Shown here: positions 36,985 through 51,051 of the stretch, in pieces
Numbering within the stretch: position 1 is the stretch's first letter
How the letters are laid out: every line of letters starts with the position of its first letter
Source: Hydrolagus affinis
Taxonomy: Eukaryota
Length of the DNA: 64,000 nucleotides
Assembly (NCBI GenBank): GCA_012026655.1
Contig: JAAILG010001052.1
Coordinates: 1-64,000, forward strand
Direction: 5' to 3'
Notes under the pieces: generated by a model
Database searches by the model: none
The model's input: the letters and a program-made list of their open reading frames with translations, nothing else
Told to the model about the DNA's origin: nothing
Made by a program: the position numbers and the translations under genes

Positions 36985-38284
36985 CCAGGGCTCCCTCTGC
37001 CTCCTCGTCCTCCTTGACTTGTCTGCTGCAATCGACACAGTCGATCACACCATCCTCCTCCAACGTCTTTCTTCCCACCTCTACCTTCAAGGCACAGTCC
37101 TTGACTGGTTCCATTCCTACCTGACCCACCGTTTACACTTTGTATCTTCCAATGGTTTTTCCTCAAACCCCCGCACAGTTTCTCACGGCGTCCCCCAGGG
37201 CTCTGTCCTCGGCCTCCTCCTTTTCACCATTTACACGCTCCCTCTGGGCGATGTCATCCGCAAACATGGGGTAAACTTTCACATGTGTGCGGACGACACC
37301 CAGTTGTACCTTTCCGCTCATCCCTCATCCCCAGACAATTGATGTTCTGACAGCATGTCTGTCCTACATCGAGTCCTGGACGAAGGAAAATTTCCTCCAA
37401 TTGAACGTGAGCAAGACCGAGGCCCTCCTGATTGGCTCAAGCCAGCGCCTCCGCACATCGGGCGCTGTCAGCATCAACATCCAAGGCTGTACTCTCCACC
37501 TCACAAAGCCAGTCAGGAACCTCGGCATCACGTTCGACCGTAAACTCTCCTTCCTCCCCCACATCTGTGCCTTGACCGGCACCGCTTATTTCCACATGCG
37601 CAACATTGCCAGGCTCTGCAACTATCTCACTCCCCACGCTGCCGAAACACTCGTGCACGCGTACATCACCTCACAGCTGGACTATGGGAACTCTCTCCTC
37701 GTCGGCCTCCCCAGCGGCCTCCCCAGCTCCTCCATTCACAGGCTGCAGGTCATCCAAAACTCTGCAGCCCGTGTATTATCCCGCACCCGCCTCCGTGACC
37801 ACATAACCCCCACCCTCGCCCGTCTCCACTGGCTCCCCATCCTCCAGAGGATCGAGTTCAAGATCCTCTTCCTCACCTTCAAGGCCTTACACGGCCTTGT
37901 CCCGCCCTATTTAACCGATCTACTCTCCCCCTACAATCCCACCCGGACCCTCCGTTCAGCAGGACTTGGCCTGCTCCAAGCCCCCGCCCGAACCGCCCCA
38001 CCATCGGAGGCCGGGCCTTCAGTTTTTCCGCTCCCACCCTGTGGAATTCCATCCCCCAATCCTTCCACCTTGTTTCCTCCCTTTCGTCTTTCAAGGTCGG
38101 TTTGAAGACTTTCCTCTTCGACCGTGCCTTCTGTTCCCCCCCTAATTTTTCGACCTCCCCTACGTGTTTCACCCCTTCCCGAACACTCCCCTCCCAGCTC
38201 GGGTCACACGCCTCCTGTGCAGCGCCTTGGGACATCCTCCCGACGTGAAAGGCACTCTATAAGTGCAATTTGTTGTTGTTGTTG
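36985..38284 (+). mobile_element. 5'-truncated L2 LINE with disrupted reverse transcriptase ORF2
   Basis: [30 protein letters not shown] (YADD mutated), LQLNVSKTE, LHWLP and IEFKIL motifs; frameshifts; stem-loop and (TTG)n tail. Confidence 0.93.
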
Positions 38285-38287
38285 TCT

Positions 38288-38551
38288 CTACTCGACAGGA
38301 TCTGGCTTCCTCGCCTCCCATACCCTCTGCCCCACCCTCGGTAGCTATGCCCCAAAGCTGTGGAATTTTCTCCCTCAATCCCTTCGCCTTGTCCCTTTCC
38401 CAATTTTCAGGTCGCACTTGAAGAAGTTCTCTTCGACCGTTCCTACTGTCACCTTCCCCCTCCCAGTGGCTCGGCATCAGGCTCCATCACTGTTAAACTG
38501 CCCGCGATGCCATTCAGCGTGAAGAGCGTCATATAAATGCAAGTTGTTGTT
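38288..38551 (+). mobile_element. older L2 3' fragment
   Basis: YAPKLWNFLP motif and tail. Confidence 0.7.
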
Positions 38552-38797
38552 ATAGAGCTTCATACGATCAAGCTGAATACGGCATAGCTCTGTTTTGCTC
38601 CTCAAAACCAAGATGCCTTTAGGTTTAACACACTCTTGATGTAGGAGTACGAACTTAAGAAAATTAATTGCACATTTGGTGTAAGAACATTACTGTGGGT
38701 TTAGAGGAAACAGATACTGTATTAAGCAAGTGATGTCAATTGATGGGTAACCAAATGAGGGTGGGGGTGTGGGGTGGGGAAATGTAGGTAAACTTAC

Positions 38798-39266
38798 CAC
38801 CAGATGGCAGACTTGTACAACTTCCTCCATTCTGGCATGGGTTCCTCGCACAAGCATCAGGATACAGGACACAGCCAAGCTTCAGTTCTGTCAGGCCAAC
38901 AACTTCAGCGAAATGACTTCGCTTGTTCTGCAGCGGCAGCTGATTGTTGTTCAGGACAACTGAGTCCAGACAGCCTTGAAACCCACCCAGGACTGGGGGA
39001 CTGCTTTGGCTGGACAATCCACGGGCCGCCACAGCTGGAACTTGAGCACCAAAGTAGATGGAGTTGTCAATGCCAAGGGGGTGAAAGTGCAGAGGAGCGC
39101 TCCGACGCTCCACGTAGCTGTCGTCGAGCGAGAGACTTGTGAAATTCCGGTTGAGCTCCAGAACGACAGAATGCCAATGCCCATCGTTAACAGTTCGGCC
39201 AGAAATCCCAACGATACCTGGCCCGCTTCCACAGTCCAACTGGAACCACAGCTTTCCATCCACAAT
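38798..39266 (-). CDS. fat3: fat3 exon: rest of laminin-G domain and start of EGF repeat ([15 protein letters not shown]...[11 protein letters not shown])
   Basis: Acceptor tctataccag|ATT and donor GTG|gtaagt; 469 nt, phase 0 to 1; VNDGHWH and GFQGCL LamG motifs. Confidence 0.95.
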
Positions 39267-40404
39267 CTGGTATAGACAACAGGATAAAGAGTTTAATTTT
39301 TCGTATAAACGGTGCAAGGCCACAAGCCCATGTTAAAAATTAGAATGCAAAACTCGAAATAATTCAGCGTGGTTCCAAACGACACATAAGACGGCTATCT
39401 TTCTAGTCGACTATATTTTGAAATAATTAATACATGATAATATCCAAGTTACAATCAAATAACCCAAGAACATTGTACAGTATATGTGACTGTTCCCCAA
39501 ATGATTTGGTTGGTGAAGCCACCTAGTTAGCACTATAAATCGAAGTAAGACATTGACAATTTAACAAGGGGTTACATCAATGCAGAAATTATTATTATCA
39601 TTAAGGCCTGGTACAAGGTGCATGTGAGCACATCACTTTAAATGACAGATATATTCAGTCCTTGTTAAAATGCTGCTGGATAAAGTATAATGAGGGATAT
39701 AATTTGCATACAACCTGAATTTCAAGTCAAAGGGCTTCACCATTATCTGACCAATATGCTCTTATCCACCAATAGCACTTGAATAAGAATAATATGATCC
39801 TACTTTACGTTTAGTTTTTTTTTAGCTGGATGTCAGTTGGAAAACAATTATCCGAATTTCCGAGTATGAGAGGGCATTTGCATTTTAGTCCATTTAATTA
39901 ATATCTATTTGATTAAATACCTTACCAACTAAGGGGAGAAATTAATTAGTCTTTCTTAAAATCTATAACTGGAAGTGTGTCAAGGGTAACAGTTCCATGA
40001 ATGTTCATGGTGCTGAGATGGCTTTTATTGTAACTCTGACAGCATGTCCAAAAGATGAGCTAAAAAATCTTTCTCGTACTGCTCGTATATCTCGTGTTTC
40101 AACTTAGTGCATACACTAAGGCATCGCAAGGCTTTTTGGAAAGAAAGTTAACTGAACTGAACGGCCGCCACTCACTCTCTGCTTTCTCAATAACACGTTT
40201 GCTTTCTTCTCTTCTGCCCACAATGAGAACAGTGTCATTCAGACGTGTAACTTTTGCACTAGTTTAAAAATCTCTCTGAACTGCCTGGTTGCTGTGTGTA
40301 AAAGGATTATTATTATTATTTATATATTATATTATCATATAAATGATTATTTAGTCTATTATTAATATGCTACGTTTTAAAAAATGTAATTAAAAAAAAT
40401 TGTA

Positions 40405-40494
40405 ATCATTTTTTTTGTGTTGGATTTTCTGCCGAATATCTGGCAGGCGCTTTAACCGAGGTCCCACGGGTGCTGGATAAACGGGCTTCTACTG
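40405..40494. mobile_element. right end of a Tc1/mariner (Tigger/pogo-like) MITE
   Basis: ggtcccacgggtgctggataaacgggcttctactg|TA matches the right end of 56120-56765; abuts a SINE body. Confidence 0.75.
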
Positions 40495-40708
40495 TAGTAA
40501 GTAGGTACCTGGGTTAGTCGATTGGTAGATTGCTTTTCCAAGATATTAATCCCTTCAAAGAATGATAACCATAATTCTGTCTATCAAACCTCAAGTGTTT
40601 GTGGGACAAACACAAATTATAGTCAATCTATTTTATAATATATTCTGTGAAGCGTTCAAAGATACAATAAGGTAGTATATCAAATGCAAGGTTTATTATT
40701 ATTATTAC
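40495..40708 (+). mobile_element. 3' half of a long-form SINE
   Basis: gtaagtaggtacctgggttagtcgattggtagattgc ... aatgcaagg(tta)n. Confidence 0.7.
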
Positions 40709-41794
40709 TTCAATTGCTCTGCCTTGCCCCTTCTTCTTTCATCGTGAGATCGTACCTAAAGACATCATTCTTTCTCCCTGGTTTGGCGACAAACTATGCC
40801 TGTACAGTGCTCCAAGATGCTACCTCATGTCAGTGGTATTAGATAATTTTGTCTGTTATGTCTACAGGACATCTAATGGATTTTAATGCTCATTTAAACT
40901 GGGAGGGATGGAAAACATCCCAATGCCTCCGTTTTATCAACTTTGTTCATGAATGGGATTGTTAAGATATTCTTTCAAAGATAGGTTTCAGGGTTGCCAT
41001 CTTCTTGGCCTGCATTTTATTAGTATTCTGGGAGCTATTTCAATCGTATCCCTGTTCTTGACAATGGAAACTTATGAACTGACCTAATGTAGGAATTAAT
41101 CACTGCATGTTGTTAATATGTCTTGACACTGCTACTCCTACCACCACTTTAAAATCATTTGTATTAATGATCATTACATTTGATATAGTGCCTTTTGACG
41201 TGATGTACATTTGATATAGTGTCTTTGGACTACATAGAAAGGTTAGGTCAAAATGCCAGAGTTTCGTTATGTGATCTCAGCTGGAGTGGACAGTAATGTT
41301 GCTGCAACTGTCCTGAGTGACTCTGGCCTGCAATTGGTGGGAGGGTGGAGAAAGCAAGCCACATTCCTCATCAAAGTTTTTAACTCAGCCTAGGCTAACC
41401 CTCCAGTGCAATCAACTGTTAGAGCTGTTGTCCTTTAAATAAGACATTAAACTGATGTGAAAGGCGCTATACTACTGTAATTTTGTTGTTGTTTCACTGT
41501 CAGAAAGACATCCCAAAACACTTCATACGATTCACTCTAAAGTGTAGTCTGTGTACACTGTAGGCACACAACTTTGAATGCCATGTGGGAAACTTTCCAA
41601 TGCCTCTGTTCCAAGAGTAAGGGAGGTTTGAAACACCAGATCTCTTTGCAAAATCACTGAGTAAAGTGAAACCAGCTCCTATCTGAAACACTAATGTCCC
41701 TTTAGTATAATGGTTGTCAACAGTTGATCAATTTGAGGAGTTGAAGTGAATTCATAATTCCATTCTGATTCGGTCTCATTGGGGGCTGGTGGAA

Positions 41795-42010
41795 GGTCTT
41801 GTCAGTTGGTATCATTCTTGCCTCTGAGTCAGAAGAGGTTCAAATCACTAGTTGGGATTTGGAATTAACTTCATCTAAACTTACACTCCAATGTGTGTGT
41901 GTGTGTCTGGTGGTGGGTGGGGGCTGGGCAGCGGGGGTTGGCACTAATGGGAGTACCATTCTTTGGATGAAACATTAAACAAATCTGTCTGTTCCTGTAG
42001 ACATTAAAGT
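41795..42010 (+). mobile_element. old Deu-domain-type SINE remnant
   Basis: tRNA-like head (cagttggta...gcctctgagtcagaagaggttcaaatc) and ctttggatgaaacattaaac core; a similar remnant lies at ~54890-55070. Confidence 0.45.
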
Positions 42011-43729
42011 GCATTTATGTACATTATCATATGGAGCAGACAGTGTAATTCCAGGTTCAGTCCACATCACTATTCTACAGTAAGTGAAAGGCTGATGTAG
42101 TCTTTGTAAAGAGAGTGATAAACAGAGACCTTTATACTGAACAATGTAACTGAAGTGCTAACGTGCCATCAATAAGCTCTGGGCTGAATGTGTTGTAGAC
42201 TTATCTGCTGTATCTCCTTGAGTACATTCCTGATTATCAGATGTACAAATGTCCCATTAACACCTGAACCTTTCGGTTCTTTGCTCCCACACTAATTATT
42301 TTACACTGAACCACACTGAGCTGCGCTTGCCAATTTTTGACACAGCCAACCTAAAAGATAATCTGATAGATCCTCAGTCCTATACCTCAGATTTTGGAAT
42401 CCTCTGCCTATTTGCAGATTTGACTTGCAACAACCTCATCCAAATTTATCTTTAAAATTAAAGAAACAATCTTCAGACTAACATGTGAATAATAATAATG
42501 GAAGTAACAATAATAACAGTAATAATAATCCTTGTATTTGATAAAGCAGTTTTCATGTCTTCTAGACATCGCTTAACATCTTTCTAAAAAATCTAAAATG
42601 TTCCCCTTCACGTTTGGCCTCCAGTTACTATATTTAATCCATTGTCTATCCAGTGTCCACTGCATAGCTGTGTCACTTTGAGACTGGAATTTTATACTGC
42701 ATGTTTGGCAGCAAATCAACAACAACTTGCACATGTGTCCATCACCTAGGACGCCATCTCGGAAAGCTTCATCAAGATGACGTTGGATGCCAAGCAAGGT
42801 AGAAGGGAAGGATCAGTGAGGTTGAATGGATTGCTTTTAGGCCATGGATCTCCAAACGGCCGATCGATTCAAAGTGGCACTATCTCGCATGATCATAAAG
42901 ACAAGAGGAAGGAGTGATAGAACTGAAGCTCTTTTTAATCAAATTGAAAACAAAGTCAGATGCACAAAGTATTTTCTGTATCTTGAAATAAAAATATAAT
43001 CTTTAAATTGCAGTGTGTCTCATTTCCGCGCCTTGTTTTAATTGCGTATACGGCATACGCCACCTAGCTGCGATTGGTGATGGGAGAATCCTATTTATAT
43101 GGTCACTGCCAAATTCATGTGTATTTGCTGCCAATCACGCAGCTTGAAAACTTTAAGCTTTTAAGTTAAACCAGGACTTGGCCTGAATATTTCATATAAA
43201 ATATTTAATGTGTACATAAGGTAAACCCATTACTTCAAAGTAAGTTAACAAAGCAGGAGGAGAGGAAATAAATGGAAAGCAGATGCCAAGAAAACAAAAC
43301 CTCTTTCCCCAAAGAGAAAAACAATGTTTGGGATAATCTACAAGCAACAGTGTTAATAATAATAAAGCTTGTATTTCATTTTACACTTCATCACAACACA
43401 TCTCAAGAGTGTGAATTTTTAGGTGAATACGGTAACCAATTTGCAAACTGAAACGTCCAGCAAAACAGCCATGACATTTTTTTAAAAAGACGTCTGGAAG
43501 ATGTGAAAAGCGCTATATCAAATGCAAGGATTATTATTATTGTTAGAACCAGGAAATGCAGTGGGACCTTGGTTTAGTGATTCCTCTAAAAGACTGCACC
43601 TCCAACAAGGCAACAGTTTCCTTTGCTGCACCTGTGTCAGCCTGGACATTGAGCTCACAGCACCAATGTGTATTTTGACTTAAGAGGCGAGAGTTCCACC
43701 AAACTGAAAAGGTTATCCAAAACTTAATT

Positions 43730-44008
43730 CAAACCTCTGCAGCTTGTGTCCGCTCCCACACCAGGCTCCGCAACCCCATCACCCCCAACCTTACACAGCT
43801 CCATGGCTCCCCATTCCTCAGAGAATCAAATTCAAGATCCTTGTTCTCACTTTCAAGGTCACTCACGGCTTTGCCCCCTCCTACCTCTCTGCCCTCCATC
43901 ATCCCAAACCTGCCCCCACTCCTTGCTCGGGTCTTGACCCCTGACCGTTCAGCACCTTGGGACGTCCTCCCAATGTGAAAGGCGTTCAACAAATGTAATT
44001 TTGTTGTT
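43730..44008 (+). mobile_element. L2 3' fragment with internal deletion
   Basis: WLPIPQRIKFKILVLTFK motif plus tail. Confidence 0.8.
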
Positions 44009-44349
44009 CTTACAGAGCAAATAGAGAATAGTCATTCAAGATAAAATTAAATGTATTGATAGAAGATGTTCTAACAAAAAAGATCAACCACCCACCCACA
44101 TAAAATAACTCTGCATGCAAATGTGCGTTCAACCTTTTTATTTGGAAGAAAGGATGAGTTTGTGTAATGGATTTGTCTACTGGTGACGGGTTTAAATCCA
44201 TTATGAATACAATTTAATGTAGAAACTTTCTTGTGAGGAGGACATCTCAAAGCACTTCACATGCATTGGGAGCCCAAGCTGGAGTGTGTGTGTGTGTGGG
44301 GGTGGGCGCTATAGAGGGAGTTGGAATGGAAAAGGTCGCTGAGTGGGTG

Positions 44350-44670
44350 AGAGCCTAGATGTGGTGTTTGAGGCAAAGTTGGAGCCAAAGGTTTCTCGTC
44401 AACTCCATTAGGTGGAATGAGCATTTGGGCAAGTTGATGATTCCTGTCAGTGCATGAGGTAAGAAGGCATTGAGAACTGCCAAGCAGAGAACTTTTGTCT
44501 TGTTGATGTTGAGCTGCAGAAAGTTAAAACTCATCCAGGACTTTATGTCTGACAGGCAATCAATCAGAACAGCAGTGATCCTGGAGTCGAGGATAGAGGC
44601 AAGGAGAAAGAATTGGCTGTCATCCCTGTACATGTGGAAGTTCACTTTACAAATGTCACCAAGGGGTAGT
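44350..44670 (-). mobile_element. old L2 ORF2 fragment
   Basis: FHMYRDDSQ...CLSDIKSWMSFNFLQLNINKTK. Confidence 0.8.
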
Positions 44671-46117
44671 ATATATTTTATATGACACTATGTTCTTCTT
44701 CTTATTATTATTTTATTATTATGTGACTGTGAGTGAGATGGAAAGGAGAAGCCATTTGTAATAATAAAATTAAAACATTGGGATAGGTCAATAAATGACT
44801 GGTACTCTATTTCAGCAAAATGGATAGCTCCTTTTGCATTTCATTACACTTTTTAATCCACTGATAAAACTGATCTTTTAGTGTTTATTGTATACCTGTA
44901 TTTTAGGGGTACTTGGGTGAGCAATAAATGCAAAGCAGTGTGAGAATGCGTTGCCAGCCTTCTGGTGAGTAATTTACTAATGAAGAGAGGGATGGCACAA
45001 TATACGATGCAAGTGAGAAGGTCCCTGGCCTATTTATGTTCCAGGTAACAGCTGCCTCCAAAGAGTTACTGGAGACATGCCTGTGTTCAGGGAGTGATAA
45101 TCTATCTCTGGAAATAAGAGGGCTCCTTTCTAGCAGAAATCTTTTGTAAATTGCACCAGAGAATTCATTTGTCCCCGCTGCCTTGCCAGATTCTTACAAC
45201 GAGCTGCGCTGGATAGCTCTTATATGGTAATTTTCCCATTAAGTAGACTCATATCTGGAGCATCTGCCTTCAGGAACACAATCTCACAGAAGGGCTCCGC
45301 GATGCAGAATGTAGAAATGGACTCTCACTTAAGTATACACGGCATGCTTTGCTGACTGATAAAGACACAGTTCACTGCTTACCGATCACTTGCTATAGTC
45401 CCTGAGAAATCTCTCAATGAGGCCAGAGTGCAACTCGACTGCCTTTTTGTACTGATAAGCCAACATTCTGCTGGTGTTGCTGTAGCTGCAAGGGACACTT
45501 TTAAAAAACCAAAGCAAAACCTCGGTTTTTCTTTCCTGAGGGAGGTTTCAATTAATCTCCAGTTGAGGTGAATGCTGTGGAGATAACATTGGAGGGAGTC
45601 AGCTTCAATCTCTTCCCTTGACTTTGAATTTCTTTCTTTCATTTCTCTTGACTGGCCACAATCTTTTTGTTACCTAGCGTATCTGTTTGATTTCTTTGAT
45701 CGGCTTTTGTATTCTGAAGCGCTAGAGAAATACACCAGGTTCATCTTCTGATCCTGCATGGCTTCGGGAGGCGAAGAGAGGGTATGAATTTTAGCTGTAA
45801 ATATTTTCATTCATGTGTGATATTTGATTATGTTTCTGATTCACCGTTTGTAGTAAAAGAAATGACGAGTCAATATGAATTTTGTGGGGTGGGGGGAAGA
45901 TGCGAAGCATCATCATGCTTGAGAATACCCAAGCCAAACTGAGAATTCCATGCATCCCACCAACACATGGAAATTCCACAGATATATATTGCAATGGAAT
46001 GTACACTCTCTTACTTGGAGGGATGTATCCAGTTTGCCTAATTCCAGAGATTATTAGGAACGTGATAGCAAGAGCCAAGGTTTGGGGATCCTCGAGTGTG
46101 TGTTGGGTCCCAGAGGA

Positions 46118-46531
46118 TCCAATTCAAGATCCGGGTCCTCACCTTTAAAGCAACTCTATGGCCTCGCACCCCACCCTACCTCTGTGACCTCTGAACCACC
46201 TACCAACCTGTCTTCTCCCTCCGTCCAGTAGGCTCCAGCCTGCTCCATGTCCCCTGATCACCCAACTCACCATCGGTGGGCGAGCCTTCAGTTACTTTGC
46301 CCACAACCTCTGGAATTCCATCCCGCAGTCCCTCCACCTCGCCCCCTCCCTGGCCTCCTTAAAGTCCTGCCTCAAGACCCTCCTCTTCGACGGTCCCATC
46401 GGTCACTCCAAATCCCACCCTCTCCGTCCCTGACCCCAGCTCGGGTCTGAAACAATGACTGTCCAGCACCTTGGGACATCCTCCTGACGTGAAAGACGCT
46501 AGACAGAGCAATTTTGTTTTTGTTGTTGTTG
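46118..46531 (+). mobile_element. L2 3' fragment
   Basis: aattcaagatcc...ctcaagaccctcctcttcgac...(TTG)n. Confidence 0.8.
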
Positions 46532-47594
46532 GGATTTTAACCAGTTAAACCTGAATAACTTGCCATGAGAGCACTATCTTGGACAACCAAGGGCAACTAA
46601 CCTTACGCCACACACCTAATAAGTATTCCCTCAAAAAACAATAATAAATTGGTCATTTCACTCCACGAGTGTTTGTGAGACACTGCTATGTGCAATTGGC
46701 TGCCGCATTTCGCCCATAAATACTTTACAGTGTATTCTGTGAAGTGCTTTGAGACACCTAGAAGACATGAAAAACGCTATATCAAATGCAAGGATTATTA
46801 TGTTATTATCTGGCAGGCTTTCCTGCTACTTGTCCAGCTAGGAATACTCTATCTTTAGGGGTTTGGGTGCAAGGTTAATGGGAGCTTAGTGGAAGGAGTC
46901 ACTGCTTCCAATGTTTGCTCTGCCCTTTTAAAACTTGCTAATATGGCTTTCTGGCCTGTTAACAGCAGTGCCTAGAGTGTTTCAGACCTGCCTGAGGTGA
47001 TGTGATAATTACTGGCTTGTTCGTGGGGTGAGCTGGAAGCAACACCTTCTGGACCTTTGGTCTGTTATTTGCAGAGCAGAAACAGATGCCTAAATAGCAG
47101 GACACCATGTTAATTTTTAATTTTTTGTCATTATTTCATTCATAATACAATTATCATAAGTCCAATACCATGATTTGCAAGATCAGCACTATGATCTGCA
47201 GATACTATCCATGGCTAACTGGCATTGTACCAATGTAAGTTGCAACAGTGGGGAAGGGGAGTGAAAAGCGTTCTGGTTGATTTCCTGTAGCCTAGATACA
47301 CAGAAGCCAATTGTAGTGCCTCTACTGATTCCTTAGCTAAAATACAGCCAACTCAGCATAGACAGGGGATTGAACCTAGGACCTTTCTGATCTACATGGC
47401 TCAACTGACTAAATGAAATAAACTCTCTGAACCATCCAAAAACTAGTGAAATACCTACTCTGTTCAATGTCAACAGAGCAGCATGTGATAGACCTCAGCT
47501 AATCCTCATCAAGTCCACGTGATTTATGTTTGAGTGTTGGGCAGGTAAAAATACACTCCAGCATTCAAGCACATATACGCATCTTCTTAAAAAA

Positions 47595-47957
47595 AAATCT
47601 ATTGAAGATCATGAGGGGATTCGATAGGGTAAACAGGGGAAAACTGTTTCCACTGATGGGCGTATCAGTGACTTCGTGGTCACAGATTTAAGATAGTTTC
47701 AAAAAGAAGCAGAGGGGAGATGAGGAGAAATGTTTTCACTCAGCGAGTTGTTCGAATCTGGAATGCATTGTCTGAACAGTTGGTGGAGGTCGATTCGATA
47801 ACAACTTTTAAAAGAGAGGTAGACATTTATTTGGGGAGGACGGGTTTGCGAGGTGGGGAGAGAGCTGGGGAGTGGGATTGAGTTGCTCTTTTCAAAGAGC
47901 TGGCACAGACTTGATGGGCCGGATGGCCTCCTTTTGTGCTGGAAGATTCTATGATTG
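47595..47957 (+). mobile_element. CR1-type LINE 3' fragment
   Basis: Encodes KIMRGFDRV..LFPL...RGHRFK...RRNVFTQRVVRIWNALSEQLVE; ends ttctatgatt. Confidence 0.88.
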
Positions 47958-49789
47958 ACAACGAGGCAACTGATGTATTTTTAATGACATTGGATACTGC
48001 TCCAAATACTCCACTCACCATCTGCATGACTTCCAATTCAATGCCAAGTCATTTGGTCAGCCTACAATTCTCTTGTGCAGATGTGATGTTATAATGGTTG
48101 CCTAACTTCCGAATTAGAGCCTGTTCAAGCTTTGCTTACAAGTATGATCCTTAATGGCAGTCAGACTGGAATTGTGCACAGAGATTAGACGCAAAATCAA
48201 GATGAAATGAAAACAGCTGTTGAACAACATCATCATAGTACAACAGCTGCTTAGAAATCAGGTTGTAGCAATTGGATATCATATTTATATGATCCTGGAT
48301 GTACTTGGAACAAATTAGTGGAAATGTGTCAAACTGCACAACATTGCACAACACAAGCAGAAAACAATTCTGGGCACCAAAGGTCCAACCAAACATAAAT
48401 AAACAATGTAAGACCAACTGTGATACAGTAATGAGCAGCTTTGAAGATATGTACAAAAGTGTTCTGTGTCTTCACTTGTGAAAGATGAAGCGTGTGAGCA
48501 AATGAGTCTGACCGGCATTTTGTATTGTTTGCCCAAGAAATAGTCACTATATTTGACAGTGATTACTTGTGAAGTGCTTTGAGACCTATGAACGTGATAA
48601 GGCAGTATAAAAATGCAGGTTCTCCCTTTTGTTTCAAAGAACCATTAATATACATCAGGAAGTTACAAAATACAGTACTCAGTACAGAACAAACTACAAA
48701 GAGAGTCTCAGTGGACTCAATTCAATGATTGATGGTAGCCAGGAGGTGTGAAAAGCCATCACCACACTTAAGAGCTTCCAATCCAGACAGATTTCTGCAT
48801 ACGTCAGCCACCTACATGCGGAAATTTCCCATGTCTGGAATGAAATACACACTCTTTCCCTGGAGGAATACATCCCGATTCCCCAAATTATTGGGCGCAG
48901 ATTAGTGAAAATCAAATCTTAGGGATTCCAGAATGTTATTTGGGTATACTGTTGAAGTTTAACCAGCAAAACTGTAGTTTGCCATTGAAAACACTGTCCG
49001 ACTGGCAAGCTTCCGGCTGCCTGTCCAGCGAGAACCACCCGCTGGATTAGGGTTTTGGCTGACTGAGTTAACAGAAACCAATCGAGAACAATCCTTGCCT
49101 CCAGTCTGCCCATTCCAAGTCCTGCTGACGAACCAAGCCGATTGGGATTTCATCAGCAGTGGCTGGCTCAGTAATCAGACCACCGAGACTGTCACAAAGG
49201 GTTGACTTAATTTCAACATTGCCAAGTGCAGATCCAAGGAAACCATGCTTATCAATCCCCCCCAACTGATTTGAAACTATTTCAGCCCTTCTCCAACATG
49301 TAATTTTGGATATGCATCTCACTAAGACTTTTCCAACTCTTTCCTTATTTGTCATGACACTGACAGTTATCCTATTTTTGCACTGTTTATATCTTTAAAT
49401 GTAAATAATATATAAAATCTCATGGCCACTAGCTTTTGGGTCAGCATATTTCATACATTGCATTTCTGGGGGGTTATTAACCCTTCCAAAAAAAAAAATA
49501 ATTTGGTCGATCGACAACAACAAAATGACATTTGCATAGCGTTTTTCACGTCGGGAGGATGTCCCAAGGCGCTGATTCAATCCATGACTGTTTCTGGGAC
49601 AATGCTGGGCTGTAATTGGCTGCCGCATTTCACTCACAAATATACAGTCAATTCAGTTCAGAGTATATTCTGCGAAGCGCTTTGAGACGTCTAGAAAAGG
49701 TGAAAAGTGCTACATCAAATACAAGGATTATTATTATTATATATATATTATGTTCTCAATGTATGGGGCTATCTGCCCCTTTAATAGAC

Positions 49790-49889
49790 NNNNNNNNNNN
49801 NNNNNNNNNNNNNNNNNNNNNNNNNNNNNNNNNNNNNNNNNNNNNNNNNNNNNNNNNNNNNNNNNNNNNNNNNNNNNNNNNNNNNNNNN
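49790..49889. other. assembly gap (100 N)
   Basis: Run of N. Confidence 0.99.
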
Positions 49890-50215
49890 AGGATCGGGGG
49901 GTGGGGGAAGGAGAGTGGGAGAGGGGGAAGAGTTAGTGGGGCAGCCGAAGGCGCGGTAGAAGAGGAAGGTCTTGAGACCGGCCTTGAAGGAGGAAAGGGA
50001 GGAAGCGAGGGGGAGGGGCTGTGGGATGGAGTTCCACAGTGTGGGAGCAGAGAGGTTGAAAGCCCGGCCTCCGATGGTTGGGGGGTTAGGGCGGTGGACG
50101 CGGAGCAGGCCTGAGTCTGCTGAACGGAGGGTGCGGGAATGCTGATAGGGAGACAGTAGGTCAGAGAGATAGGCAGGGGCAAGGCCGTGAATGGCCTAGA
50201 AAGTGAGGACGAGGA
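49890..50215 (-). mobile_element. young L2 3' fragment
   Basis: Highly similar to 57005-57330 in opposite orientation. Confidence 0.88.
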
Positions 50216-51051
50216 TAACGTAAGAAATGCTCGATAAAAAAGACCAAGGTCCATTTCTGACCTAAGGAGTGCTGTACTAGTGTAATTTGTTGATTTAGGG
50301 ATTCACAGAAAAGCAGGTAGTCGCAGGAATTATAGGCCTGATAGTGTGGTAACGCTATAACAAAAACATCTCAATTGCAAGAGCAGTAAGCCAATTGAGA
50401 ATACTTGTCGGTATGTTGCTCTAATTAGTGAAGCTTCCACAAGAGTAGGGACTTGCACTTACAGAGGCCATCTCGTACACTTTGCATGAATAAAATTTGT
50501 GTGTTACATTCAGTTGACGGTGAGAACTGTCGCAATACAAAGAAGGGAGAATTTACATAGAGCCTTATTATAGCGAAACATTTCAAAACTATTCACAAAC
50601 ATTTACGTTCAAGTACGGTGACTTTTTGAAGGCAAACTGTATTTTTGCCAATAAAGAATTAATAGCCATTCAAAATGATCATCGTATTTTGATAATACTC
50701 CTAACAATTAAATCAATATATGCTTAAGTATTTCAAAAGTTGTACTTCAACGCAAATGGTGTGCATCATTTTTACAGTATCACACCGAGCACATTTTAAA
50801 TAAAAGTGCCATGTTCCCCTGATGGAACAAGCACTGTCACAACCATCACTGGGAAGAGTTTAGTCAGCAGATCAGCAGTTTCATGTTCTGAGTGCTCTCT
50901 ACCGCATTAAGTGAGCACTCTACGATGAGAATCTACAACCGCCTTAGGCTCGCGTATAATCTCTTGGAAAATGCAGTTAGCATTGATTGTTAAAATCAAA
51001 TCCTTATTTCAGAGTTAAACTTCTTCAGGTTTCATGATGACCCAGTGGGTA

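Noticed and set aside
37019-38105. 107-aa and 272-aa ORFs as a functional reverse transcriptase gene
   Set aside because: 5'-truncated L2 copy with frameshifts and YADD changed to CADD; not intact.
45383-45485. Possible 103-nt poison exon (cccttgcag|CTACAG...GATCG|gtaagc) with an in-frame TGA
   Set aside because: Splice-like pairs are expected by chance in a 22-kb intron, and there is no homology or other support.
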